Shown here piece after piece: positions 18,589 through 27,800 of a stretch of 64,000 nt of DNA. A program made the position numbers and the translations under genes. This DNA comes from an uncultured Actinomycetes bacterium (GTDB taxonomy: Bacteria > Actinomycetota > Thermoleophilia > Gaiellales > Gaiellaceae): NCBI GenBank assembly GCA_963742925.1, contig CAVUNV010000008.1, forward strand, positions 352,745 through 416,744. The letters run 5' to 3'. Numbering within the stretch: position 1 is the stretch's first letter; the number at the start of each line of letters is the position of its first letter. The notes beneath the pieces are model-generated. The model did no database searches, was not told where the DNA came from, and saw nothing but the letters and a program-made list of their open reading frames with translations.

Positions 18589-19836
18589 ATGCATCCGCGC
18601 GAGCACAGGTCCACGAGGAGGCGGTTCCTCGCCTCCTCCGCCGGCGCGTTCGCGGCGCTGCCGGCGGCCGGGGCATCGCTGCGAGCGGGCACGACGCCGG
18701 CCGGGCCGACAGGCGTACCGCTCGGGCCCGGCGGCATCCCGCTCGCGAGGCGCAATCATCCCGTGACGTTGCCGATCTACCCGGGCAACGAGCCGATCGA
18801 CTCGGGCAGGAGCCCGGAGAAGGGCCCGCTCCAGGTCTTCACCTGGAGCGCCTACATCAACCCGACGGTCGTCAAGGCGTTCGAGAAGCGCTACAAGGTC
18901 GGGGTCACGGTGACGAGCTTCGAGAACGAGGAGGAGGCGCTCACGAAGCTGACGAGCGGGGCCGTCCACTTCGACGTGTGGTTCGCGACCGTGCAGTATC
19001 TCGGCAAGACCGTCGCAGGCAAGCTGATCCAGCCTCTCAACCACCACTATCTGCCCAACCTGCGCTCGAACGTCTGGCCGTCGCTGGCCAGCCCCTACTA
19101 CGACGTCGGCTCCCGCTACACCGTCCCGTACGTCGTCTACACGACCGGCATCTCGTGGCGGCGCGACAAGGTCAAGCCACCGACGACCTTCGCGAACCCC
19201 TACGACATCTTCTGGCGGACGCCCAGGAGCTCGGGCAAGGTGGCCGTGATCGACGACCTGCGGGAGGCGCTCGGGATGGCACTGCTCCGCCGTCGCGTCA
19301 CCGACGTGAACACCGAAAGCCCCGATCGCGTCAACCGGGCCGGCGCCGATCTCTCCCAGCTGACCAGGCTCGTCAACGTCAAGGTCAACCAGACCGACTA
19401 CCAGGACATCCCCTCCGGAGCGACCTGGGTCGCCCAGGCCTACTCCGGGGACATGGCGACCTCGGCGTCCTACATGCCGAAGGGGGTGCCGGTGGGCGTC
19501 GTCGGCTTCTGGCGGCCGCAGCGAGGTGGGATGATCGGGAACGACGTCATCACGGTGCTGCGCGGCTCGAAGCGGCCGGTCCTGGCACACCATTTCCTGA
19601 ACTTCCTGCTCGACCGGGGTCACGCGCTCGAGAACTTCAGCTTCCTCGGCTACGTGCCGCCGCAGAAGGGCTTCGACCCCGAGTCGCTGATCGCCAAGGG
19701 GTACGTGCCGAAGAGCCTGGCGTCCACGATCGTCCGCGAGGAGGAGTTCCGCTACGACCACACGTTGCTGCCGCTGACGACCTCCGGCGAGATCCTCTGG
19801 CAGAACGCCTGGTCGAAGTTCAAGGCCGGCGGCTAG
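18589..19836 (+). CDS. ABC transporter substrate-binding protein, spermidine/putrescine (PotD/PotF) type, Tat signal
   Basis: Twin-arginine signal STRRRFLASSAGAFAALPAAGA. LQVFTWSAYINPTVVKAFEKRYKVGV is the typical PotD-family N-terminus. Confidence 0.8.
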   Translation: MHPREHRSTRRRFLASSAGAFAALPAAGASLRAGTTPAGPTGVPLGPGGIPLARRNHPVTLPIYPGNEPIDSGRSPEKGPLQVFTWSAYINPTVVKAFEKRYKVGVTVTSFENEEEALTKLTSGAVHFDVWFATVQYLGKTVAGKLIQPLNHHYLPNLRSNVWPSLASPYYDVGSRYTVPYVVYTTGISWRRDKVKPPTTFANPYDIFWRTPRSSGKVAVIDDLREALGMALLRRRVTDVNTESPDRVNRAGADLSQLTRLVNVKVNQTDYQDIPSGATWVAQAYSGDMATSASYMPKGVPVGVVGFWRPQRGGMIGNDVITVLRGSKRPVLAHHFLNFLLDRGHALENFSFLGYVPPQKGFDPESLIAKGYVPKSLASTIVREEEFRYDHTLLPLTTSGEILWQNAWSKFKAGG

Positions 19837-19848
19837 GCCGGGGCGCGG

Positions 19849-20745
19849 ATGGGGCGGCGTCGGTTCCTCTGGCCGCTGTTCGCGTTCCCGGGAACGGTCT
19901 GGCTCGTCCTCTTCTTCCTGATCCCGTTCTACGCCGTCCTGTCGACGGCGTTCGGCACCGTCGACCCGATCTTCCAGGGGCCGGTGCCGGTGTGGAACCC
20001 GTTGGACTGGCATTTCGAGACGATGCGCTCGGTCATCGAGCAGCTCCGGCCCGGGGAGGTCTTCTGGACGGTCTTCGTCCGCACGTTCGCGTACGTGGCG
20101 ATCGCGCTCGCCGGCTGCGTCGCGATCGGCTATCCCGTGGCGTACTACCTCGCCCGTCACGCCCGACGGACGAAGGTGCTGCTGCTCGTGCTCCTGATCA
20201 TCCCGTTCTGGGTCAGCTACCTGATGCGGATGCTGGCCTGGATCGGGCTGCTCCTGCCCGACGGGCTCGTCAACCGCTCCCTCGTCCACCTGGGCATCCT
20301 GAGCCACCCCTACGGCTGGCTCGACGGGCAGCCGTCGTCGGTGATCTTCGCGCTCGTCTACGGCTATGTGCCGTACCTGATCCTGCCGCTGTTCGCGGTC
20401 CTCGACCGGATCGAGCCGCACCTGATCGAGGCCGGCCTCGATCTCGGAGCCAGCCGCTTCAGCACGTTCCTCCACGTCACGCTGCCGCTCAGCAAGCAGG
20501 GCATCCTCGCCGGCTGCGTCCTGATCGCCCTGCCGATGTTCGGCGACTACTACACGAACGACGTCATCTCGGGCTCGCCGGGCACCTCGATGATCGGCAA
20601 CCAGATCAACCTCTTCTTCCAGGGCGGCCCTCAGCGGACGGCAGGTGCCGCGCTCGTCATCGTCCTGGCCCTGCTGCTCGCCGGGCTGATGTCCTACTAC
20701 CTGGTCGCCACCGCGCGAGCGTCGCGGCAGCCGGCGGCGGCATGA
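19849..20745 (+). CDS. ABC transporter permease (PotB-like)
   Basis: Six TMS and the EAA loop IEAGLDLGASRFSTFLHVTLPLS. Confidence 0.85.
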   Translation: MGRRRFLWPLFAFPGTVWLVLFFLIPFYAVLSTAFGTVDPIFQGPVPVWNPLDWHFETMRSVIEQLRPGEVFWTVFVRTFAYVAIALAGCVAIGYPVAYYLARHARRTKVLLLVLLIIPFWVSYLMRMLAWIGLLLPDGLVNRSLVHLGILSHPYGWLDGQPSSVIFALVYGYVPYLILPLFAVLDRIEPHLIEAGLDLGASRFSTFLHVTLPLSKQGILAGCVLIALPMFGDYYTNDVISGSPGTSMIGNQINLFFQGGPQRTAGAALVIVLALLLAGLMSYYLVATARASRQPAAA

Positions 20746-21623
20746 AGCGATTCAGGGAGTGGTGGTCGAATCCGTGGGGCGAGCCTCGCTTCCTCGTCGG
20801 CTTCACCTGGCTCTACATCGTCTGGTCGATCGTCCCGATCGCGATCGCGATCCTGTTCTCGTTCAACGCGGGCAAGTCGCGGAGCGTCTGGCAGGGCTTC
20901 TCGACGCGCTGGTACTGGGGCGACCCGACCCAATCGGTCCTTCACGATCCGACACTCCGCGGCGCGCTCGAGCAGAGCCTCAAGCTCGCCGCGCTGGACA
21001 TGGCGATCGCGGTTCCGCTCGGCGTGGCGCTCGCACTCGGGCTGACCCGCTGGCGCGGCTACGGGTCACGGCCCGCGAACCTGCTGATGCTGTTCCCGCT
21101 CGTCATGCCCGAGATCGTGATGGCGGTGTCGCTGCTGCTCGTCTTCGTGACGCTGTACAGGATCCAGCTGGGAACGACCGCGCAGGTGCTCGGTCAGGTG
21201 ACGTTCTCGGTCTCGTTCGTCGTGGTGGTCGTCCGCGGCAGGCTGCTCTCGATCGGGAGGGAGTACGAGGAGGCCGCGACCGACCTCGGTGCCTCGCCGG
21301 CCGCCGCGCTGCGGCTCGTGCTGCTGCCGCTGCTCTTGCCGGCCATCCTCGCCAGCTTCGTGGTCGTGTTCGCGCTCTCGATCGACGACTTCGTGGTCAC
21401 CGACTACCTGTCGTCCGACGCGTCCACGCAGACCGTGCCGATCCAGATCTACTCGAGCGTCCGCGGCACGAGCACGCCTGCGCTCAACGCGGTGGCGACA
21501 CTGATGGTCGTGGCGACGCTGCTCGCGTTCGGGCTGGTGTTCCTCCTCCACCGGCGGTACTCGGCCCGCCAGGACGCCGGCGGCGGCTCGTCCCTGCGGG
21601 AGATCGCGGCCTTCGATGTCTGA
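20742..21623 (+). CDS. ABC transporter permease (PotC-like)
   Basis: ATG 20742 overlaps the upstream TGA (ATGA). EAA loop EEAATDLGASPAAALRLVLLPLLLPA. This is the C-terminal part of tracked ORF 18978..21623. Confidence 0.85.
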   Translation: MKRFREWWSNPWGEPRFLVGFTWLYIVWSIVPIAIAILFSFNAGKSRSVWQGFSTRWYWGDPTQSVLHDPTLRGALEQSLKLAALDMAIAVPLGVALALGLTRWRGYGSRPANLLMLFPLVMPEIVMAVSLLLVFVTLYRIQLGTTAQVLGQVTFSVSFVVVVVRGRLLSIGREYEEAATDLGASPAAALRLVLLPLLLPAILASFVVVFALSIDDFVVTDYLSSDASTQTVPIQIYSSVRGTSTPALNAVATLMVVATLLAFGLVFLLHRRYSARQDAGGGSSLREIAAFDV

Positions 21624-22747
21624 GGCGCCGCACCAGGCTCGCGAAGCCGCCCTGATGAAAGGAGGCGCCGTCGAGATCGTCGAGCTGAGCAAGCGGTTCG
21701 CCGACGTGGTCGCTGTCGACGGGATCAGCCTCCAGATCCCTGCGGGCGAGTTCTTCTCGCTGCTCGGCCCGTCCGGCTGCGGCAAGACGACGACACTGCG
21801 GCTGATCGCGGGCCTCGAGCGGCCCGACAGCGGCCGGATCTCACTCGACGGCGTCGACATGTCCGCGACGCCTCCCCACCGTCGCAGGGTGAACACGGTC
21901 TTCCAGAGCTACGCGCTCTTTCCGCACTTGTCGGTCTTCGACAACGTGGCCTTCGGCCTCCGGCGGCGGCGGGCGCCGCGGGACGAGGTCAGACGACGCG
22001 TCGGCGCCGTGCTCGAGGCCGTGCGGCTCGAGGGCCTGGAGAAGCGCCGTCCGTCGCAGCTCTCGGGCGGGCCAGCAGCAGCGGGTCGCGCTCGCCAGAG
22101 CGCTCGTGCTCGAGCCGTCGGTGCTGCTGCTCGACGAGCCGCTCGGCGCACTCGACGCGAAGCTGCGCAAAGCTCTCCAGCTGGAGCTGAAGACGATTCA
22201 CGAGGAGTTCGGGATCACGTTCATCTACGTCACGCACGATCAGGAAGAGGCCCTCACGATGTCCGACCGGATCGCGGTCATGTCCGGCGGCCGGGTGGAG
22301 CAGGTGGCGACGCCGGAGGAGATCTACGAGGAGCCGGCGACCGTGTTCGTCGCGGACTTCCTCGGCGTCTCGAACCTGATGACGGCGACGGTCGAAGGAA
22401 CGGACGACGGCCGCTGCCGGCTGCGGCTCGGAGAGTCGGTGCTCCACGCCGCCCGCGGCGAGATCTCGGCCCGCGGCGAGGTGAAGATCGTGATCCGTCC
22501 CGAGCGCGTTCGGGTCGAGCCGTACGCGCCGGGCGGCGAGAACCGGATCCCGGGAATGGTCGAGCGGGTCGTCTACCTCGGCTCGACGGAGCAGCTCGTG
22601 ATCCGGCTGGCAACGGGCAACGTCCTCCAGGCCGTCGTCGTCAACGACGGCGGGCCCAAGGCGTTCGCCCAGGGCGTCCCGGTGAGCGTGCATCTGCCGG
22701 CAGAGGCGCTGCGCGTGCTCCCCGAGCAGCCGGGCGGCGGGCCGTGA
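21616..22747 (+). CDS. ABC transporter ATP-binding protein (PotA-like), one +1 frameshift near 22071
   Basis: Walker A LLGPSGCGKTT. The signature is broken as SQLSGG|QQQRVALARAL, with the remainder in ORF 22106..22747 (LLLDEPLGALD, the TOBE-like tail). An extra G lies in run 22070-22072. Confidence 0.85.
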
Positions 22748-24978
22748 GCGTGAGCGACGAGATCCCGCGGCAGGACATGGGCATCCGGCAGTCGATCCGG
22801 GTGCTGGCGCCCTACTTCCGTCCGTACCCGCGCCTGCTCGTGCTGATCGGGCTCGGGCTGCTCGTCGAAGCGGCGTTCAACGTCTTCCTGCCGCTGAGCT
22901 TCAGCATCCTGATCGACAAGGCGCTCATCCCGCGCGACAGGCAGGTGCTCGTGATCGTGCTCGTCGCTCTCGGCCTGGGCGTGGTGATCACCGCCGTCGT
23001 CGGAGTCGCCCGCGACCGGCTGTACGCGCGGCTCACCGCGAGCGTGATCGCGGACCTGCGCCTCGAGATCTTCCAGCACTTGCAGAAGCTCTCGCTCGGC
23101 TTCTACGCGCGGATGCAGCTCGGGGACATCCTGGCACGGTTCTCGGGCGACCTGGTGGCGCTGGAGGGAGCGTTCACCTCCGCCCTGGCCTGGGCGGTCG
23201 CGCCGGCGCTCGACGTCTGCGTCTACACCGTGGTGCTGTTCCTCCTCGACTGGCGACTGGCGCTCGTCGCGATGCTCGTCTGGCCGATCGCGCTCCTCGG
23301 CCCTCGCTACTTCGCGCCGCGTGCGGTCGCCGGAAGCTACGAGAAGAAACGGCTCGAATCCCAGACGTTGAGCGTGGTCCAGGAGAACATCTCCGGCCAG
23401 TCGGTCGTCAAGGCGTTCGGGCTGGAGGACGAGTGGCTCGCCGGTTTCGAGGAGCGGAACGCCGGCCTGCGTCGCACCACGGCCCACGTCTCCTTCCTCA
23501 GCTCGCTGGTCGAGAGGAGCGCGTACTCGGGCGTCCTCGCCCTCGACGTCGCGATCATCGGCATCGGCTCCTGGCTCTCGTTCAACGGCTCGCTCTCGAT
23601 CGGCAAGCTGGTCGCCTTCCAGGGCGTCTTCCTCGCGCTCGGCTACGGGCTCTCGTACGTGACCCAGTACATGCCGGGTCTCGTCCAGGGGCTCGGGGGC
23701 TTCGGCCACATCTCCGAGCTCTTCGAGCATCAGCCGCAGGTCGCCGACGCGGAGGGAAGCGCTCCACTGCCGCGCCTGCGCGACGAGATCCGCTTCGACG
23801 GCGTCACCTTCGGCTACTCCGAGCCGGACGCGAACCTGCACGACCTGAGCGTGCGGATCGCCGCCGGCGAGTCCGTCGCCTTCGTCGGCTCGAGCGGCTC
23901 TGGCAAGAGCACGTCGCTCAGCCTCGTGATGCGCTTCTACGATCCGTGGTCCGGCTCGGTCTCGATCGACGGCCACGACCTGCGCACCGTCACGTCTGCC
24001 TCGCTGCGCTCGCAGTTCGGCGTCGTCTTCCAGGAGAGCTTCCTGTTCAACACGACGGTTCGCGAGAACATCCGCATGGGCAAGCCGGGTGCGAGCGACG
24101 CCGAGGTGGAGGCGGCCGCGAGCGCGGCAGAGATCCACGACTTCGTCCTCGGTCAACCGGACGGCTACGACACGGTGGTCGGCGAGCGCGGCAGCCTCCT
24201 CTCCGGAGGGCAGCGCCAGCGGCTCGCCATCGCCCGGGCGATCCTCCGGGATCCGGCGATCCTCGTGCTCGACGAGGCGACCTCCGCGCTCGACCCGGGG
24301 ACGGAGGCCGCGATCAACGCGACGCTGGAGCGGGTCGCCAAGGGCCGGACGACGATCACCGTCACGCACCGGCTCGCCATCGCCACGACCGCCGACCGGA
24401 TCTTCGTGCTCGACCAGGGCAGGCTCGTCGAGAGCGGCCGCCACGAGGAGCTGGTCGCGACCCCGGGCCTCTACCGGGAGCTCTGGAACCGGCAGAGCGG
24501 CTTCACGGTCGAAGCCGACGGCGACCGGGCCGTGGTCAGTCCCGAGCGGCTCGCGGAGGTGCCGATCCTGAGGGGCGCGGAGCCCGAGTTGCTCGCGCGG
24601 ATCGCGGAGCTGTTCACGAGCGAGCAGTACCCCGCCAGGCGCGTCGTCGTCCAGGAGGGAGACACGGGCGACCGCTTCTACCTCGTCGTGCGAGGGCGGC
24701 TGATCGCGACCCGGAAGGATGCGGACGGCGACGCGATACAGGTGAACGTCCACGAGGACGGCGACCACTTCGGCGAGATCGCGCTCTTGCGCAAGGTGCC
24801 CCGGCTGGCGACGGTGACGACCGAGACGCCGTGCCTGCTCCTCTCCCTCGCCCGCCAGCACTTCCTCGAACTGCTCGAGAGCGCGCCTCACGTCCGGGAG
24901 TCGATGGAGCGCATCATCGACGAGTACCTGGCCGCCTGGGCCGCGCGCGAGAGCGATGATCCGGGCCTCACACGGTGA
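22744..24978 (+). CDS. ABC exporter (6-TMS domain + NBD) fused to a C-terminal cyclic-nucleotide-binding domain
   Basis: GTG 22744 overlaps the potA-like TGA (GTGA). The TMD has ABC_membrane-type helices. The NBD has GSSGSGKST, LSGGQRQRLAIARA and ILVLDEATSALD. The last ~130 aa are VVVQEGDTGDRFYLVVRGRL...GDHFGEIALLRKVPRLATV, the FGE...R-x-A cNMP phosphate-binding cassette. Confidence 0.85.
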   Translation: MSVSDEIPRQDMGIRQSIRVLAPYFRPYPRLLVLIGLGLLVEAAFNVFLPLSFSILIDKALIPRDRQVLVIVLVALGLGVVITAVVGVARDRLYARLTASVIADLRLEIFQHLQKLSLGFYARMQLGDILARFSGDLVALEGAFTSALAWAVAPALDVCVYTVVLFLLDWRLALVAMLVWPIALLGPRYFAPRAVAGSYEKKRLESQTLSVVQENISGQSVVKAFGLEDEWLAGFEERNAGLRRTTAHVSFLSSLVERSAYSGVLALDVAIIGIGSWLSFNGSLSIGKLVAFQGVFLALGYGLSYVTQYMPGLVQGLGGFGHISELFEHQPQVADAEGSAPLPRLRDEIRFDGVTFGYSEPDANLHDLSVRIAAGESVAFVGSSGSGKSTSLSLVMRFYDPWSGSVSIDGHDLRTVTSASLRSQFGVVFQESFLFNTTVRENIRMGKPGASDAEVEAAASAAEIHDFVLGQPDGYDTVVGERGSLLSGGQRQRLAIARAILRDPAILVLDEATSALDPGTEAAINATLERVAKGRTTITVTHRLAIATTADRIFVLDQGRLVESGRHEELVATPGLYRELWNRQSGFTVEADGDRAVVSPERLAEVPILRGAEPELLARIAELFTSEQYPARRVVVQEGDTGDRFYLVVRGRLIATRKDADGDAIQVNVHEDGDHFGEIALLRKVPRLATVTTETPCLLLSLARQHFLELLESAPHVRESMERIIDEYLAAWAARESDDPGLTR

Positions 24979-25939
24979 TGACGATCTTTCCCCGGGCGTG
25001 CCCTTCCTCCAGGTACCGGAAAGCGTCGGCGGTCTCGCTCAGCTCGTAGCGCCTGTCGATGACCGGCTTCACCTTCCCGGCCTCGAGAAGCTCCTGCAGA
25101 ACAACCATGTCGGCCTTGTTGAACTTCGCCACGAAGAACACGACCTTCTGGCTGCTGCGCACCGACGCCAGGCGCAACCCGGCCACGTGACCCAGAGGCC
25201 CGGTCAGACGGTTGCCCTTCGGTGCTCCGACGATGACGAGGATCGCCTGCGGGTCGAGGACGCGCCTGCACTCCGACCACGACCTGCTCCCCGCGATGTC
25301 GAGCATCAGGTCGTAACGCCGGTCGCTCCGGGTGAAGTCCTCGTGGGTGTAGTCGACGACGTGATCGGCGCCGAGCGATCGAACGAGATCGACGTTCCTC
25401 GTGCTGCACACGCCGGTCACCTCTGCTCCGAGCGCCTTGGCGATCTGCACGGCGAACGTGCCCACGCCTCCCGACGCACCGTTGATCAGGACCTTCTGCC
25501 CCGGCTGAAGCCGGCCCTTGTCGCGGAGGCCCTGGAGCGCGGTGAGCGCAGCGACCGGCACGGACGCCGCTTCCTCGAACGTCACGTTCGCCGGCTTCGG
25601 CACCACTGCCCGATCCTGGCGGACACAGACGTACTCCGCGAAGGCCCCGTTCTTCCCTCCGAACACCTCGTCACCGGGTCGAAACTGCGTCACGTCTGCG
25701 CCGACGGCTTCCACCGTCCCCGCGAAGTCGGTGCCGAGTATCCGCTGCTTCGGCCCCATCAGGCCCATCTGAGCGCGTGCGAGGTACGGCGTGCCCGTCA
25801 GGGTGTACCAGTCCGCCGGGTTCACCGAAGCCGCGCTGACCCGGACCAGCACCTCATCGTCCGCGACGTCCGGCTTGTCCGCCTCGCGGAGCTCGAGAAC
25901 GTCGGGCGAGCCGTACGTGTCGCGGCTGATCGCCCTCAT
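24968..25939 (-). CDS. NAD(P)-dependent medium-chain (zinc-type/quinone) oxidoreductase
   Basis: From ATG 25939: MRAISRDTYGSPDVLELRE...VLVRVSAASVNPADW...VLINGASGGVGTFAVQIAK. The ATG overlaps the upstream TGA (ATGA). Confidence 0.85.
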   Translation of the reverse strand: MRAISRDTYGSPDVLELREADKPDVADDEVLVRVSAASVNPADWYTLTGTPYLARAQMGLMGPKQRILGTDFAGTVEAVGADVTQFRPGDEVFGGKNGAFAEYVCVRQDRAVVPKPANVTFEEAASVPVAALTALQGLRDKGRLQPGQKVLINGASGGVGTFAVQIAKALGAEVTGVCSTRNVDLVRSLGADHVVDYTHEDFTRSDRRYDLMLDIAGSRSWSECRRVLDPQAILVIVGAPKGNRLTGPLGHVAGLRLASVRSSQKVVFFVAKFNKADMVVLQELLEAGKVKPVIDRRYELSETADAFRYLEEGHARGKIVITV

Positions 25940-26907
25940 CGTGCTCGGCCGCCGTTCACGGTCAGGACGACGTTCCCGGTCTTCTGCCCCGTTTCGACGT
26001 ACCTGGTCGCCTCGACCACCTGCTCCAACGGGTAGGACCGATCGATGACCGGCCGGTACTTCCCCGCCTCGATGAGCTCCTTGAGGAAGAGGACGTCCTT
26101 CTGCGTGTACTTCGGGACCGGCAGCGTCACCCTCTTGTCTCCGATCCGCCGGGTCAACAGGGCCAGTATCGGAACGTGCCACATGAACCCGAGGTCGGTT
26201 TCGATGTAGATCCCGCCCGGCTTCAGCGAGCGTCTGCAGCGCCTGAACGAGTGCTTGCCGACCGCGTCGAAGATGACGTCGTACGTCTCGCCGTTCTTCG
26301 TGAAGTCTTCCTGCGTGTAGTCGATCACCCTGTCGGCTCCGAGCGATCTCACGAGCTCGACGTTCTTCGTGTTGCACACGGCGGTGACGTCGGCATCGAA
26401 GTACTTGGCCAGCTGCACCGCTGCGGTGCCGATCGATCCGGAGGCGCCGTAGATGAGGATGCTCCGCCCCTTCCGGAGATCTGCCTTTCTCAGGCACGCC
26501 AGCGCGATGATCGCTCCGTCGCAGACTGCTGCAGCCTCTTCGAAGGTCATGCCGGCCGGCTTGTGCGCCAGCGGACGGTCCTCCCGCATGCAGATGAACT
26601 CCGCGTGTGCGCCGAAGCCGTTGACGCCGAAGACGTGGTCACCGACCGCGAACTCGGCTGACAGCCGCGCCGACTGCTTCGACCTCTCCGGCCAGCTCGC
26701 TGCCGAGGATCCTCCTCTTCGGACGGCGCAGGCCGGTGAAGTAGCGGATGAAGAACGGATGCGCGCTGCGCCAGCCGCAGTCCGATCGGTTGACGGTCGT
26801 GGCGTGGATCTTGACGAGGACCTCGTCGTCCCCGGGACGGGCCGCTCGACGTCTTCGAGCCGCAGAACCTCCGGCGGCCCGTACCTGTCGTAGACAACTG
26901 CTCTCAT
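25936..26907 (-). CDS. NAD(P)-dependent medium-chain oxidoreductase paralogue with a compensated frameshift pair
   Basis: MRAVVYDRYGPPEVLRLEDVERPVPG, then 43 codons out of frame. The conserved reading DDEVLVKIHATTVNRSDCGWRSAHPFFIRYFTGLRRPKRRILGSELAGEVEAVGAAVS lies in another frame. It then returns to EFAVGDHVFG...ILIYGASGSIGTAAVQLAK. A -1 shift at the C-run 26830-26833 and a +1 near 26656. Confidence 0.8.
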   Translation of the reverse strand: MRAVVYDRYGPPEVLRLEDVERPVPGTTRSSSRSTPRPSTDRTAAGAARIRSSSATSPACAVRRGGSSAASWPERSKQSARLSAEFAVGDHVFGVNGFGAHAEFICMREDRPLAHKPAGMTFEEAAAVCDGAIIALACLRKADLRKGRSILIYGASGSIGTAAVQLAKYFDADVTAVCNTKNVELVRSLGADRVIDYTQEDFTKNGETYDVIFDAVGKHSFRRCRRSLKPGGIYIETDLGFMWHVPILALLTRRIGDKRVTLPVPKYTQKDVLFLKELIEAGKYRPVIDRSYPLEQVVEATRYVETGQKTGNVVLTVNGGRAR

Positions 26908-27668
26908 TGGTTCCCCTTCCCTTTCTCGGTTGCCTGCGGGTACCGGATCGGCCCGCCGTGCTCCCACATCCGCCCTGCTCGATAGAGCTCCGCCGGCTTG
27001 CCGCCCGTCGATCCGGGCCTGGCTCGGCGCCCGGTCGGAATGACCCAACCGCTCTCCGCGAGGACGCTCCTCCGGAAGTTCGCGCTGTCGAGCTGCACGC
27101 CCCAGACGGCCTCGTACACCGCCCTCAGCTCGGCCAACGTGAACGTCGGTCCGACGAATGCCGTTGCGATACCGGTCAGCTCCAGGTCGACGCGGACGTG
27201 CTCGACCGCATCGCGAACGATCTGCGCGTGGTCGAACGCCAGCTCGATCTCGCCGTTCAGCGCGTCGGAGACCGGAACCAGCGCGGCGTCTGCAGCGTCT
27301 GTGCCCGCGACGACCGCGCCCACCTCGCGAAGCACCGCGACGTAGGCGATCGTCACGACGTTCAGTCGCGGGTCGCGCTCCGGATCACCGTAGGCCCGGA
27401 ACTGGCTCAGCAAGCTCGCACCGTCGACACCGGTCTCCTCGGCGAGCTCCCGCCTCGCGGCCTCGTCCAGCGTCTCGTCCGGACGCTTGAAGCCGCCCGG
27501 AATCGCCCACATCCCCTCGAACGGCGCCACCCCACGACGCACGAGCAGCACCTGAAGCCGGCCGCCGGACATGGTCAGGATCACCACGTCGACGGTCACT
27601 GCGAACGCCGGGAACTGCGCCGGATCGTAGTCCGGAGGCGCGCCCGGATCACTTGTTTTGGTCGTCAT
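26904..27668 (-). CDS. Nudix hydrolase domain + C-terminal winged-helix (NrtR-like regulator)
   Basis: Nudix box GGFKRPDETLDEAARRELAEETGV. The C-terminal ~90 aa (FTLAELRAVYEAVWGVQLDSANFRRSV) match the NrtR wHTH pattern. It is the first gene of a three-gene ATGA-coupled operon. Confidence 0.75.
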   Translation of the reverse strand: MTTKTSDPGAPPDYDPAQFPAFAVTVDVVILTMSGGRLQVLLVRRGVAPFEGMWAIPGGFKRPDETLDEAARRELAEETGVDGASLLSQFRAYGDPERDPRLNVVTIAYVAVLREVGAVVAGTDAADAALVPVSDALNGEIELAFDHAQIVRDAVEHVRVDLELTGIATAFVGPTFTLAELRAVYEAVWGVQLDSANFRRSVLAESGWVIPTGRRARPGSTGGKPAELYRAGRMWEHGGPIRYPQATEKGKGNQ

Positions 27669-27675
27669 GACTCTT

Positions 27676-27704
27676 ACTTTAGCAGCAAGTTACAGTCTTG
27701 TCGA
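27676..27704 (-). promoter_or_regulatory. Putative sigma-A-type promoter giving a leaderless or near-leaderless Nudix transcript
   Basis: On the reverse strand: TCGACA (27704-27699), a 17-nt spacer, then TAAAGT (27681-27676), which ends 7 nt before ATG 27668. No Shine-Dalgarno sequence is present. The local AT-rich patch stands out in a 70% GC context. Confidence 0.4.
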
Positions 27705-27718
27705 CCAAAACTAGATCG

Positions 27719-27735
27719 CGGATCGCAGCGATCCG
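27719..27735. promoter_or_regulatory. Perfect 8-1-8 palindrome CGGATCGC A GCGATCCG
   Basis: Read directly at 27719-27735, in the divergent region between the NrtR-like gene and the TolB-like gene. It is a candidate operator. Confidence 0.35.
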
Positions 27736-27740
27736 GCCTC

Positions 27741-27800
27741 GGCGCTCTCCCCGTTGTTTACAGACCTGCTTGGACCGATTCAGGTCAACCGTTGATTGCG
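27741..27800 (+). repeat. Copy A of a ~40-60 bp direct repeat flanking the TolB-like gene
   Basis: GGCGCTCTCCCCGTTGTTTACAGACCTGCTTGGACCGATT (27741-27780) matches 28809-28848 at 35/40 positions. Weaker shared words (GGTC, GTTGAT) continue for about 20 nt. Confidence 0.7.

Noticed and set aside
18541-24891. ORFs 18541..20475 (-), 18978..20740 part (+), 22573..24891 (-), 23433..24959 (+)
   Set aside because: They are antisense or out of frame to the well-supported ABC importer and exporter genes and have low-complexity composition.
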